A DNA stretch of 64,000 nucleotides from Nitrososphaerota archaeon (lineage in GTDB: Archaea > Thermoproteota > Nitrososphaeria > Nitrososphaerales > JACPRH01). Position numbers and translations under genes: made by a program. Location of the stretch: the NCBI GenBank assembly GCA_016190055.1, contig JACPRH010000049.1, forward strand, positions 7,820-71,819, in the 5' to 3' direction. The notes below the pieces were generated by a model, which saw nothing but the letters and a program-made list of their open reading frames with translations, made no database searches and was not told where the DNA came from. Below, piece after piece: positions 19,740-30,146 of the stretch; the stretch's first letter is position 1, and each line of letters opens with the position of its first letter.

Positions 19740-20136
19740 TTCATTCCGCTCTGGAATATCATTAACGTTAGTCAGTAGTTTCACAAGCCCTTGCTGTGTG
19801 AATTGATCTTCATATACAATACGGCGTTCAAAATGTTTTGTAATTCCTTCTTTAATGAGCTCATCCATGGTACGATAAACCATAGTTCGCCCATGCCTGT
19901 GGCCTGCCCAAATCTCCCATGAACGTAAAACGGCATTGTTACCTGAATCTTCGTCCACCTTACGGTTCGCAAGCTGGAGCATCGTGAGAATGACGTTCCA
20001 AGTTTCCCAAGCTCGTGGGTTCATGTTTTCAGAAATAGACATGATTATGGTTGTACATATACCGGATAGAACTTGAGGTATAACGGAACAATTCATATAT
20101 GTAGATAATAGCATATGTTGCACACAGGCATAAATT

Positions 20137-21030
20137 ATGTCAGATAGGGATAAACTTGCAAATACCAAAGATTCCAGTTATGGAAAGTTAGATTTACCTT
20201 TCGCAAGCTTTGATGATGGGGTTTTACGCCTAGAATTTGGTTCAGAAAGTCTATCCGCTTACGCTAAGAAGATTCTAGATATGCTCGCGATAAAAGGAGC
20301 GAAATCGAAATGGGATTTAAAAAAAGAGTTGAATCTTGACTATTCACTAGTCCATAAATGCATTTTCGCGTTCAGGGTAATGGGATTGGTTAAATTAACC
20401 GGTTCGACTATTTCGCAACACAATAAGCAGAGAATTGGTTTATACGGACTAACTAAAGCAGGTTGTATAAACTGGCTAAGTTACGCTCCAAGGAGCACGA
20501 CCGAAATAAATGAGATGGTTAAGCATAATTCGGATTCTTCTGTGATCTTCCGTGAGTGGGATTATATTCTCAGTATCTCAGAGCAGGCACCTCAAGTATT
20601 GTGTGAAGCAGCCAAGGAGGCTGGTTGCGGTCTCTTTTCAGAGACCGAGAAGCTCACGGGACCACTGAAGGAACGAGATTATCCTCGAAAGAGCGATAAT
20701 TTCGAGACATATGTTGTTACGGGGCTCTTCCTAGACCACTGGACGATAGTGGATCGGACTGCTATCTGGTTTGCCAAGGCAAAAGGCGGAGACGAGTTAC
20801 TACACGACCCAATATTATGGATGTTGAAAATGACACAGAATGACACTCTACGGCCGTTACTACTTGAAAGCGTTGAAGCCGATTACAAATTAATAATGAA
20901 GGTTGCGGCTATTCTCGAAGTTGTATTGAAACAATGCCATCATGAAAAGAATAATGTTGAGCATAAAGAAGGTCATATCGACGAAAGGCAACCCACATCT
21001 ACCAGTCAAAAAAAATTGGATAAAATATGA
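20137..21030 (+). CDS. Winged-HTH-containing hypothetical protein
   Basis: KSKWDLKKELNLDYSLVHKCI...GLV...YGLTKAG. Confidence 0.55.
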   Translation: MSDRDKLANTKDSSYGKLDLPFASFDDGVLRLEFGSESLSAYAKKILDMLAIKGAKSKWDLKKELNLDYSLVHKCIFAFRVMGLVKLTGSTISQHNKQRIGLYGLTKAGCINWLSYAPRSTTEINEMVKHNSDSSVIFREWDYILSISEQAPQVLCEAAKEAGCGLFSETEKLTGPLKERDYPRKSDNFETYVVTGLFLDHWTIVDRTAIWFAKAKGGDELLHDPILWMLKMTQNDTLRPLLLESVEADYKLIMKVAAILEVVLKQCHHEKNNVEHKEGHIDERQPTSTSQKKLDKI

Positions 21031-21160
21031 ACCTTTTTCAAATCTGGACTTAATTGTACCCGCCGGAGAGTTTAGAAACAGGTTCCATGGGAATAAAGTT
21101 GATATTCTATGTTATTGCGATTCGTCTGAATATACGATTAACTTCACTTTTTGACTTTAG

Positions 21161-21517
21161 CTAGGCGTCAGGAAAAAAGTTTAACAATTCGATCTTGGAA
21201 ATCTTATCAAGCGGCCACATAATGGGCTCACCTTTTGAAAGAATTCTCATCTCTCTCGACCACCCGTTCTCATCAGGAGACATCAAAAAACTATAGGATA
21301 TTTCCCCAAGATAAAGGGCCGGTGGTCGATAAGAGATAGATACAATGTTTGCTTCAATCGTGGGACCAAGCGTATCGACATCCCTGTGGTATCTATTAGC
21401 TAGGCGTTTAGCCTCAGAGCGCATCCATTCAGGAAATTCTGTGACCCGAATTACGACTCTACAATTTTTCAAGTCCTCCAAGTGTTTGTAGGGTTTATCC
21501 GGAGTTTGGCGGCGCAT
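21161..21517 (-). CDS. Hypothetical protein
   Basis: 118-aa ORF with an AT-rich upstream region. Confidence 0.5.
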   Translation of the reverse strand: MRRQTPDKPYKHLEDLKNCRVVIRVTEFPEWMRSEAKRLANRYHRDVDTLGPTIEANIVSISYRPPALYLGEISYSFLMSPDENGWSREMRILSKGEPIMWPLDKISKIELLNFFPDA

Positions 21518-21606
21518 TCGTTAATCATTAGACTCGCAGGGTCTTTAAATCCCTTCGCTAATCTTATTATATCTTATCAAGAATGAGTTAATCCAAACAA
21601 AGCTTT

Positions 21607-21888
21607 CTATGAATATACTCGTCCAGACAGCTCGTCCACTGCCCTAACAAATATCTCTCTGAACTCTTCATGGCTGACGACTGACCAGACATCAGAGCCT
21701 TCAGCCCTATCTGTTTTTACCACGCCCTCTCTCGCCAGACGGTTCAACGCCTTGTAGACCGTAGATTGTGTTACCTTCAGGTCAACAGATATCTGGAATG
21801 CTGACTTGCGCGGATGCTTGGCTAGGAAGGACAGTATTTGCAGTTCCCTATCGGTCAGTAATTGCAGAACCAATCTTAGCCCAGTCAA
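21607..21888 (-). CDS. HTH transcriptional regulator (TrmB/MarR-like)
   Basis: SAFQISVDLKVTQSTVYKALNRLAREGVV. Confidence 0.75.
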   Translation of the reverse strand: MTGLRLVLQLLTDRELQILSFLAKHPRKSAFQISVDLKVTQSTVYKALNRLAREGVVKTDRAEGSDVWSVVSHEEFREIFVRAVDELSGRVYS

Positions 21889-21983
21889 TCTCTACTCCAA
21901 AGGCTTAATCTTACTTTCCTTATTATACTTGCTTTACTCCACTTGGAATACTCTACAGATAATCTTATACGACGCGCCTTACA

Positions 21984-22541
21984 TTGTTCGCGGTCATGGA
22001 TATCCAGAAAACATCAAAACAGATGGCTGAGGATATTGTCAACGCCTATATTCAGCACGATAAGAAAGACTATGCACGCTCAGCACTCTATTTTGCCAAA
22101 GTCTTTCGGAACCTCTTTCCAAAACTGCCCGAAGGAAGTATCCAGAGAGCGGCTCGCGCGTATGTCGATGCGCTGAGAAATCATGATGGAATAGAAGAGG
22201 GTGGGTACTCGAAGTATGACCAATTCAATCATGGCAAATGGAGTCATGTGAAGGACAGATTGCTTGAGATGTGCAAGGCTCTGGGTCTGCCTGATGAGTA
22301 TGCCGTGGAAACAACCGAGTTCTTCAGGTATCATGGAGTTGGGGATATGCAGTTTGTCACTCACATGCTGAATGCAGATAGGATATTCACAAGCTCAATC
22401 TTAGAGAACACAAATCTCTCGTTAGTTCTTGGAGGTCTATACCTTGCCTGCGTTAGTTGCCATGACATGCACAACAATTACGGCGTTAGCTTGGGCAAGA
22501 ACCTGATATCGATATACTATTTCATACTATTGGAGAACTAA
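21984..22541 (+). CDS. Hypothetical protein
   Basis: 185-aa helical ORF divergent from the HTH gene. Confidence 0.6.
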   Translation: MFAVMDIQKTSKQMAEDIVNAYIQHDKKDYARSALYFAKVFRNLFPKLPEGSIQRAARAYVDALRNHDGIEEGGYSKYDQFNHGKWSHVKDRLLEMCKALGLPDEYAVETTEFFRYHGVGDMQFVTHMLNADRIFTSSILENTNLSLVLGGLYLACVSCHDMHNNYGVSLGKNLISIYYFILLEN

Positions 22542-22576
22542 CCTATTTACTTTCAAAAACCCAATTCGATTAAGGT

Positions 22577-23092
22577 ATGGTATCGTTCGTAGACAAGCTT
22601 CTGCTCGGCAGGGAGTTGAAGTTCGAAGAGGGCAGGCTCTCGATATTCGACCAGCGTGTCCTCATAGTGCCTGTGGAGCTGATACTGCTGCTCATCGAGA
22701 AATCGGTTGCGGATGAAAAGTTCGAGCAGGCAATATACGATGTGATGAAGAAATCTGTTTATGGCTTCTGCCAGACGCTAGCCAAGCGCAGAGGCATCGA
22801 GCCCAAGAAGATGGTTGACCTTCTGATTAATCTCGCTGAGATGAACGGATATGGCAAGCTCCAGCTGATCAATCTCGATTACGACAAGAAGCAGGCTATC
22901 TTCCACATGCGCAGTCTGCCTTCGGAGGCGCTACTGGAGAAGAAACTGGGAAAGAGAATTGTGGACAGGTACTGGGCTGGGATGCTTGCAGGAGGGGCAT
23001 CTTGGATTTTCGGTGAGGATGTTGATGCGGTTGAGACTAGGTGCGTGGCTGATGGTAAAGAGTCATGCGAGTTTGTTGTTAGGAAAGTATGA
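22577..23092 (+). CDS. V4R-domain protein
   Basis: GYGKL...AGMLAG...VETRCVADGKESCEF. Confidence 0.8.
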   Translation: MVSFVDKLLLGRELKFEEGRLSIFDQRVLIVPVELILLLIEKSVADEKFEQAIYDVMKKSVYGFCQTLAKRRGIEPKKMVDLLINLAEMNGYGKLQLINLDYDKKQAIFHMRSLPSEALLEKKLGKRIVDRYWAGMLAGGASWIFGEDVDAVETRCVADGKESCEFVVRKV

Positions 23093-23233
23093 GGAGGGAC
23101 TATCGAAGCATATCACGTAGTATTCCTAATAATTTTCTACCCAAAAGCTTGGATTTAGGAAGAATAACAGGAAAAGCTAATCACATATAAATTCATGTCT
23201 AATTGATGGAGCAATAGGCTAGAGGAATGCCGG

Positions 23234-23803
23234 TTGACAGGGCAATATAGTGATGAGGAATTAAGCCGACTAATCAATGACGCCAATGAACGTGCCTTTG
23301 AAGGACGTTTAGAACGTTTGCGGTTCATGTTCTCTGTGGAAGACCCTAACCCAGCTCCGGCTAGCTCGTTGTCTTATGCATACTACGAAGAAGCGAGACT
23401 CTGCTGGTTTATAGGAGCATTCGTAGCAACAATTCTAATGAGCCAACTAGCATTTGAAGAAATGTTGCGCTCACTGTTCAGAGTAGCGAATGGAGTAGGA
23501 GGCCAGATATCTACAAAGAAGAATGTAAACGATGCGGGCTTTTCTGACCTTATCAATCAAGCTAAGCATGAGGATCTGATTACGCTAGAGGAAGCCAATG
23601 CATTGCATCTGATACGTAAAAGTTACCGGAATCCATACGTTCACTCCCACGATGTGAATGTCAAACCCAACTTTTCTACGCAGGAAATGAAGATTTTTGC
23701 CCCAACACTGGTAGAAGCCAGCGTAGAAGACGAAGCTAGGACCACAATTAGAATACTGGTTAACTTGTTCCCAAAAATCTCGCGTCGCTTCTGGGGTCAA
23801 TAA
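23234..23803 (+). CDS. HEPN-like protein
   Basis: YYEEARLCWFIGAFVATILMS and an RxxxxH motif (RNPYVH). Confidence 0.6.
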   Translation: MTGQYSDEELSRLINDANERAFEGRLERLRFMFSVEDPNPAPASSLSYAYYEEARLCWFIGAFVATILMSQLAFEEMLRSLFRVANGVGGQISTKKNVNDAGFSDLINQAKHEDLITLEEANALHLIRKSYRNPYVHSHDVNVKPNFSTQEMKIFAPTLVEASVEDEARTTIRILVNLFPKISRRFWGQ

Positions 23804-24627
23804 CCTAAAGCGAGCTGATCTAGCATATCGGGCCCTTTTTCTTTGCCTACTTCTCTGTAGATTTCCAAAACCTCTTCATATGTGCCTGGTCCACCCACGA
23901 TATCCCAGAACTCCTTTCCGATCAAGACCTGATTCTTGATATCGAGATAGTTCAAGGTGAAGCTGTGCTTGTATGAGGATTTATTATCGCCATAGGGATT
24001 GTAAGCCATCGCAAAGAATGTCCTCACCTTAGGAGGACCCTGTTTCTTAATCGCGTGTATCTGAAGCATCCTATCAGTTACTTCAAGGCACTGACCTTTG
24101 TTCGGCTTCGGGCTCTTAACCTCGATGAAAATTTCGTTGCCATCCTTATCGCACAGGTATACGTCGGCGATACGGGTTCGTTCGACTGTTTTACCGTCCG
24201 ACACCTCAAGAACTCGCTGGATCATTTCTGGATAAGGTATCATTCGCTTTGAACCGAGGTCGTTGACTACGCCTTCAATTGTGCGTAGCGCCTTGAGCGA
24301 AATCTTGCCTGTTAGTCGGTGACCTCTTTCAGCTTTTGCGAAACGATCCTTCGCAATCAGTTTGGCGCACTCTTCAAACGTGGTGCCAAGCCTAGTTGAG
24401 AATGTTCGCTCAAACTCATTGATGAGCAGAATCCCATTGGGGAGCAGTGCTTCGTGAAACGGTTTGATATCTCCTGTAGATGAGAATGTCTGTGTGGGGC
24501 GCAGCTCGTTCGGCTTTAGACCGCTTGACTGCTTGTGCTCTTGTATCATCCCCTGTATGAAGCCTTCAAGGTATCCTTTGATCTTCATCCGTGTTTCTGG
24601 CTTTATCATCCTTACGCAGCTCTCCAA
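23797..24627 (-). CDS. Type II restriction endonuclease, TdeIII-like
   Basis: FERTFSTRLGTTFE, IADVY...EVKSPKPNKGQC, AMAYNPYG, GKEFWDIVGG. Confidence 0.8.
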   Translation of the reverse strand: MESCVRMIKPETRMKIKGYLEGFIQGMIQEHKQSSGLKPNELRPTQTFSSTGDIKPFHEALLPNGILLINEFERTFSTRLGTTFEECAKLIAKDRFAKAERGHRLTGKISLKALRTIEGVVNDLGSKRMIPYPEMIQRVLEVSDGKTVERTRIADVYLCDKDGNEIFIEVKSPKPNKGQCLEVTDRMLQIHAIKKQGPPKVRTFFAMAYNPYGDNKSSYKHSFTLNYLDIKNQVLIGKEFWDIVGGPGTYEEVLEIYREVGKEKGPDMLDQLALGY

Positions 24628-25826
24628 ATTAGAATCTGCTCGAAAAAGTCAGCACCTCTCCTGCCTGTCCGGCGGTTAACATTCCTCACCAAGACCTCTT
24701 CTGTCTTAAACCCAATGTTGCTCGCCATGTCTGCAAACAGCTTATCCTTGTCGTGCACAACTATAACTACGACGCCATTATCCTTGATACTGTTCCGCAC
24801 ATTCGCGAACACCTCACCGATTCCCTTCACATAATCTGCTCGCGACTTCTTCGAGTTGCCGTTAGAGGCAGCGCCTATCTCCAAATCTTTCCTGTCCGGC
24901 AGACCAAGCAGCTCATAGGCGTAGCGATGCTGTTCATGGTAATCAATTAGGCCCACGTAAGGTGGAGAGGTTACTACCGTATCAAACTGTGGAAGCTCGA
25001 CCTTACGCGAGTCGCCGCATATTACCTTCACAGGCGCATCTGTCCTTAACTTTGAGAACTCAGTTATTCTCTTGATGGTGTCCAAGCTGTAACGTGATAG
25101 GAATGTTAGCGCATCGTCAGTTGGTCTGCAAGTCCTTTGGTGCTTATGGCAGAAGTATGGTTCTGTCTGAGGCTTCTTCGGGAAATCCAAATCAAAGTGC
25201 GTGGTCAATCTAGCCGATCTAGCTGACCTTGACAAGATGATTTTCAAGACATCCGAATACTCATAATTCTCGATAAAGGAACGGTATAGTAACATCTGGA
25301 ACAATGCTTTAGACGAGAACCATTGCTTAAGGAAGGGCGTTGCTTCTTTCTCTACAAGCTCTTTCCTGATGCCCGCCCGATTTATCTCGGCAACAGTCCT
25401 GGAAAGAATGTCCTTAATTTCGGACTCTAGCTTCCGAACATCGTACTTGTCTGTCTTGACCTTGCTCAGCAGACAGTTGAACGATGAGACATCACAACCG
25501 ACCGAAGCAATTCCCAAGCTGTTCGCCTCGACAAGGGTGGTGCCTGAACCGCAAAAAGGATCTAATACAGTCTGCGGCTCAAATTTTCTAAGAAATATTT
25601 CAACCAGTTGAGGAACATATTTGCCTAGATATGGATGAAGCCTGTGAACGTGTTTGGTGCGCAGTCTCTCCGGCAGCTCTCTCTCACGCCAGTTTAGATT
25701 GATGCTAGACAGTGGGGTTGAAGGAGTTACCCAGTTGAAATTCCCAATAATCGGTTGTTTTCTTTCCATAGTCGAGCCTGCATAGTCATCCAAGGTTCTA
25801 ATTGCAGATTCTCCTCGTAACTTCAT
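24612..25826 (-). CDS. DNA methyltransferase (N4-C/N6-A type), cognate of the REase
   Basis: HPYLGK, DPFCGSGTT (motif I), then TSPPY (motif IV). Confidence 0.88.
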   Translation of the reverse strand: MKLRGESAIRTLDDYAGSTMERKQPIIGNFNWVTPSTPLSSINLNWRERELPERLRTKHVHRLHPYLGKYVPQLVEIFLRKFEPQTVLDPFCGSGTTLVEANSLGIASVGCDVSSFNCLLSKVKTDKYDVRKLESEIKDILSRTVAEINRAGIRKELVEKEATPFLKQWFSSKALFQMLLYRSFIENYEYSDVLKIILSRSARSARLTTHFDLDFPKKPQTEPYFCHKHQRTCRPTDDALTFLSRYSLDTIKRITEFSKLRTDAPVKVICGDSRKVELPQFDTVVTSPPYVGLIDYHEQHRYAYELLGLPDRKDLEIGAASNGNSKKSRADYVKGIGEVFANVRNSIKDNGVVVIVVHDKDKLFADMASNIGFKTEEVLVRNVNRRTGRRGADFFEQILIWRAA

Positions 25827-25921
25827 TCAATCGGCCCCGACGCTTGCGTTTACGTCCCCATCTAAATATAGCAAGTCTTTGAGTTTAAATATATTAGCAA
25901 GTTCTAGCCCCAATCACTTGA

Positions 25922-26239
25922 AGGACATTTCAATGCCATTCTGAGGATTTCACAAGATGTTTACTTTTCGAGCACTTGCTTCGTAACGCGGATACCCTCG
26001 GAGAAGATACGTTAAGGCCAAGATACCAAGTCAGAGCAAGAAGAAGCATCATCGAGGAAGACCCTCAGCCTTCGATGAAGCTACCTACATGAAGAATCGA
26101 AGCACAGTGGAACGTTTCTTCTCGATGCTGAAAGGAGGCTTCAGAAGATTCACAATCAGATACGAAATACCTGCATCAATCTATCGAGCACTCATCCATC
26201 TCGCCTGCTTCATAATACATGAGAGTTTTGAAATGACCT
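25922..26239 (+). mobile_element. Internally deleted IS5-family remnant (MITE-like, ~318 bp)
   Basis: Imperfect terminal IRs AGGACATTTCAA / TTGAAATGACCT; encodes only a transposase C-terminus (RSTVERFFSMLKGGFRRFTIRYE...HLAC). Confidence 0.7.
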
Positions 26240-26277
26240 AGTTACAGGAAACGGTTTTATGGGTGAGTTGTACCTAA

Positions 26278-26949
26278 CTATTGGTATCGTTGCACAGTAA
26301 TGCGCCAATCCCAGACTCCATTTCTCTCAAATGAAATATCTAAATTTTTAGATAAAGCACTTTTAAGACTGCTTAGGTCTGCATAATATTCTGTTTCAAT
26401 CTCTTTTTTAATGTGATAATTTCCTAATTTAATTTGCTCTTCAAGCAGAAGGCTTCTTTCGGAGTTATTTATAAAAGCATAATCTACTATAAAAAAAAGA
26501 AGATCATGTCTTTTGCTTTTAGTAAAAATGTTGTTTATTAGATAGATTTTTTCTTTGTCATTAATATGATGAAATGAATAAGAACTCACGACTGCACAGT
26601 TATATTCGTTGTCAAGATATGTTTTCCAACGGTCAAGATGTCTAAAATCTGTTTGTACAAAGGTAGAGTTTGGAGATTTTCTTTTCGCAATATTAAGCAT
26701 TTTATTGCTAATGTCTATTCCGATATATTCTATCGATGGGGCAATTCGCTGAAGCATCCCAGCAAATACACCCGTGCCACATCCTAGATCAATTACCTTA
26801 GTACACCGACTTTTATGTATTTGATTACATAACCAAATGATTCCATCGTGATAGTGGTCGAATCCCCAGTCGGCCATAGCAATGCTGTCGTCATATGTTT
26901 CTGCCCATTTATTGAATGTTTTACAAAGTTTCGAAGTATCTATAGCCAT
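26278..26949 (-). CDS. Class I SAM-dependent methyltransferase
   Basis: VIDLGCGTG, GIDIS, SYSFHHI. Confidence 0.85.
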   Translation of the reverse strand: MAIDTSKLCKTFNKWAETYDDSIAMADWGFDHYHDGIIWLCNQIHKSRCTKVIDLGCGTGVFAGMLQRIAPSIEYIGIDISNKMLNIAKRKSPNSTFVQTDFRHLDRWKTYLDNEYNCAVVSSYSFHHINDKEKIYLINNIFTKSKRHDLLFFIVDYAFINNSERSLLLEEQIKLGNYHIKKEIETEYYADLSSLKSALSKNLDISFERNGVWDWRITVQRYQ

Positions 26950-28319
26950 AACATGTCAGCCCTAAACTTATTCCCTAAACGAGCACAATCAGAAAATATT
27001 TCTTGACCTAAAACATCTTTGTCTTTTTTTGGTAGCAAGTAGAACATTAAAGTTGCATATTGAAGTCGAGCAGTGTCGGAAAGCACTAAATCAGAAGAAT
27101 TGCGTTGAACAACTCCCGCACTAATTAACTCGGATAACCGATTTGAAATCTCAGGAATAAATTCTACACCCTCTATATTACAAGAGCCATAATAAGGAAG
27201 CTCGATAACAATCTTTTTTAAAAGACGTTCATAATCAAAAACTCTACGTATCTTAAATGTCGGCATAGATTGTTTTTGCATATCGCTCATGTATTGAGCA
27301 ATACTTGGATGGTTCCATTTGATGTATTCAGAATTAAATGAAACTGCACCTGGACCAAAACCTATAATTCCACCAAGAGTACCATATACACATCTGTGAT
27401 AAATCAAGTCAAATTCTGGTGAACGAGAAAAACCATGTCCACTCCATTGATGATATCCAAGCTCCAAAAGACGATCACGTCCAGCCTTGAAGCACTTTAA
27501 ACGTGTTCGAGCATTTAATCCCTTCAAACCAAGGGATAAAACGGAATTCCAGTAGCGATCGGGAACTGCTAACAGGTTAATTGGGTATATTTCTATTGTG
27601 TCTGGGTTAAGCTTATTAGCTTTTTCGATATCTACTAAAAAGGTTTCGAGGCTCTGACCATGGTGACCAAACAATAGATCAAAAGATACTTGTAGATCGT
27701 AACTGTGGGCCAATTTAGTAGAATAGACGATGTCATCCACTGTCGCTCTCAGTTGATATAACTCCCGAGAACATGGGTCAAATGATTGAACACCTATTCT
27801 GACCTTGGATACATTGTAATCATAAAAAGCTGAACATAATTCCGGTTTTAAGCTCATGGCATTTGTTTCAACACAAATTTCGCATCCGGATGAAATGTGG
27901 AAAACAGTTTTAATTGCTTCCATGATTTCAGAGAAATTATTTGGGCTCATGAGAGAAGGCGACCCCCCTCCAAAAAAAACGCATTGGATTTCAGGCTTCT
28001 CTTGTCGCTGATATGATTTTATCTCACATATAAGTTGCTGTACGTATCTATTGCGTAAATTAGCATCGTGAATATTAGTCCTGATGTATGGACAGAAACT
28101 ACATAGTGAACTGCAAAAGGGAAAGTGAACATACACACCCTTTACTTCATTAAGAGATATGGTTCCAGGAGAAAATGAGGTTAGATCTTCCTCACCATAT
28201 TGAAGCGGGTAAAACCAATTGTAGTAAGGAACCTCAATATTGAAGGTGAATATGTCATTTAGTTTTACTGCAATTGGCAACATCGCGAACTTTCCTCTAA
28301 AGTATCCAATTTTGAACAA
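26940..28319 (-). CDS. HemN-like radical SAM enzyme
   Basis: YVHFPFCSSLCSFCPY, FFGGGSPS, IGVQSF, IGFGPGAVS. Confidence 0.85.
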   Translation of the reverse strand: MFKIGYFRGKFAMLPIAVKLNDIFTFNIEVPYYNWFYPLQYGEEDLTSFSPGTISLNEVKGVYVHFPFCSSLCSFCPYIRTNIHDANLRNRYVQQLICEIKSYQRQEKPEIQCVFFGGGSPSLMSPNNFSEIMEAIKTVFHISSGCEICVETNAMSLKPELCSAFYDYNVSKVRIGVQSFDPCSRELYQLRATVDDIVYSTKLAHSYDLQVSFDLLFGHHGQSLETFLVDIEKANKLNPDTIEIYPINLLAVPDRYWNSVLSLGLKGLNARTRLKCFKAGRDRLLELGYHQWSGHGFSRSPEFDLIYHRCVYGTLGGIIGFGPGAVSFNSEYIKWNHPSIAQYMSDMQKQSMPTFKIRRVFDYERLLKKIVIELPYYGSCNIEGVEFIPEISNRLSELISAGVVQRNSSDLVLSDTARLQYATLMFYLLPKKDKDVLGQEIFSDCARLGNKFRADMLWL

Positions 28320-28509
28320 CTCTATTGTTCTTTCAGATTAGTTTATCATGGTCTACAATAGCGTCACTGTCAAAAGAAACGGTCCTAATGAATAAACCTG
28401 AAGAATTGCTTACGATTTATACAATAACATCCTCATTAAATACCTGTAGCTTTAGCAACAACAAGGGAATATCCACTAGGACTCAATTTCCTTAATCGAC
28501 AACAAACCT

Positions 28510-28947
28510 CTACCATTTCATAGCACTCGCGGCGAAAGATTCATTACTCGCAGAGACCTTGCTCTCACCGACAGCAGTAATCTTAGACTTCAGCGTTTCT
28601 AGCTCAGTAATCCAGTTTTTGGCTACATCATTTTTTCCAGAAAGTCGACTAGCCATTTCAGAATATTGGGCTTCTATGATGGATGAAACGGCATCCTCTT
28701 CCCTGTCGAGAGTTGAGAGTGACCATGCTCTTGCTTTAAGAAAATGCGGATTGCTTGGATTTGTGGTACAGAGCTTATCCAGGATCGCGAGAGCTTTTTG
28801 CTCATCTGTTTTACTAGCTTTTTCAGTACTTTGCACAGCCTTCTCCTGAAGGATGCGCGCCTCGATAAATTCCGACCATTCATTTAAATTTGGCATAATT
28901 GATCGTCTTGTTATAATACGAAGATGTATAAATAGCTTTCGTTTCAT
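28510..28947 (-). CDS. Small TPR-like helical protein with a low-complexity C-terminal tail
   Basis: ALAILDKLCTTNPSNPHFLKARAWSLSTLDREEDA; ends SASNESFAASAMKW; probable start at the Met near 28896. Confidence 0.6.
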   Translation of the reverse strand: MKRKLFIHLRIITRRSIMPNLNEWSEFIEARILQEKAVQSTEKASKTDEQKALAILDKLCTTNPSNPHFLKARAWSLSTLDREEDAVSSIIEAQYSEMASRLSGKNDVAKNWITELETLKSKITAVGESKVSASNESFAASAMKW

Positions 28948-29085
28948 AATTAAGTAAACTCATCTATTTTGATTTGATATATTGGATACCCATTATTTGT
29001 TGTCTTCAATCTATCAGTAAAGTATTTTTCCGTTTATCTAAAGACTGAATTAGTGGACTATACATGCCAATGATACTGGTAGGTT

Positions 29086-30102
29086 TTGTCGGAAGATAGA
29101 AAACCAATCGGAGTTACATATGGAGGGCCGGAGTCCTCTGGAGAAACAGAACCGTCTCCAATCTCGATACGAGCCCAAATTTCAAAAGTGTGGCCACCTG
29201 GACAGGAGCGCGTTAACATTCTTCACTATTCTATCCGCCAGATACCAGTTCTTCACAGCATACTCGATATCGGTCCATCAGAAATATTGGTAGAATTCTC
29301 TGATCGAACCTTCTTAGCCCGAAGTCAGTCAAATCCGGAAGAGGAAGGTAGACTTTTTCTGGATATATTCTCGCTCTTTTTACGGACCCAAGTGAAGCTA
29401 GTCGCGACCACCATTAATGAGGTACAAGTAACACCAGCACCGTTCAGAACTAATCAGTATAATTCCAAGATTGATAGTATCGACCAAACCGGCTTTGAAA
29501 ATATCCTTTCGAGACTTTTTCAATTAAAACCATCTGTATTTAGGAGAATGCTAAGGAGCTGTAGAATCTATAACACATCGCTAGGGTTTATCTTAACTGA
29601 TCCAACATTAGCGATATATCTCCTAGTAGCATCTTTGGAGTCAATTGCCCACATAGTCGAAAGCGGAGGCACTAAAGAGGATAGGTTTGTTAGATTCATA
29701 GAAAAGAATAGTGGCTTAGATTGGAACGCAGACGTAAAAGAAACACTTCTTAACGTTTACAAATTTCGTGGAGAAATCGCTCATAATGGAACTGAATTCA
29801 ACACTGAGATTGATCTCGTCGGCTCGATTAATATTCCAATGATGAAGATAGAAATTGATGGGCAGGAGAAGCCCATACCTAATGCAAAATGGTTTGAGAA
29901 ACTCGTACAACAAACATTATTGAACTTTTTAAAGAATCAACCAGCCGCATCTCTGCAAAATGACCTTGGCAAGGAAGCCGCAAAACGTGCTATAGTAACC
30001 ATACCACTGAAGGCGATGAAGGAACCAAATCTTATTACATTTGCAGACGAAATTGAAATGGCCGATCGAAATCAAGATTCGCAAAAGAAAAATACGATGT
30101 AG
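29086..30102 (+). CDS. HEPN-domain protein (ApeA-like)
   Basis: YLLVASLESIA and YKFRGEIAHNG (RxxxxH). Confidence 0.65.
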   Translation: MSEDRKPIGVTYGGPESSGETEPSPISIRAQISKVWPPGQERVNILHYSIRQIPVLHSILDIGPSEILVEFSDRTFLARSQSNPEEEGRLFLDIFSLFLRTQVKLVATTINEVQVTPAPFRTNQYNSKIDSIDQTGFENILSRLFQLKPSVFRRMLRSCRIYNTSLGFILTDPTLAIYLLVASLESIAHIVESGGTKEDRFVRFIEKNSGLDWNADVKETLLNVYKFRGEIAHNGTEFNTEIDLVGSINIPMMKIEIDGQEKPIPNAKWFEKLVQQTLLNFLKNQPAASLQNDLGKEAAKRAIVTIPLKAMKEPNLITFADEIEMADRNQDSQKKNTM

Positions 30103-30146
30103 ACCCCACCGAACTTTACCAAAGGAAACGTTTCTTCTCAATCGTC

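Noticed and set aside
17761-20168. Long alternative-frame or antisense ORFs (e.g. 17761-18345, 18529-18954, 19632-20168)
   Set aside because: They overlap better-supported genes and lack motifs; treated as shadow ORFs, although the non-overlapping part of 19632-20168 could be a real small gene.
26940-28319. Calling the radical SAM gene hemN/hemW
   Set aside because: It is divergent, lies in mobile cargo and has no heme-pathway context; only the family can be supported.
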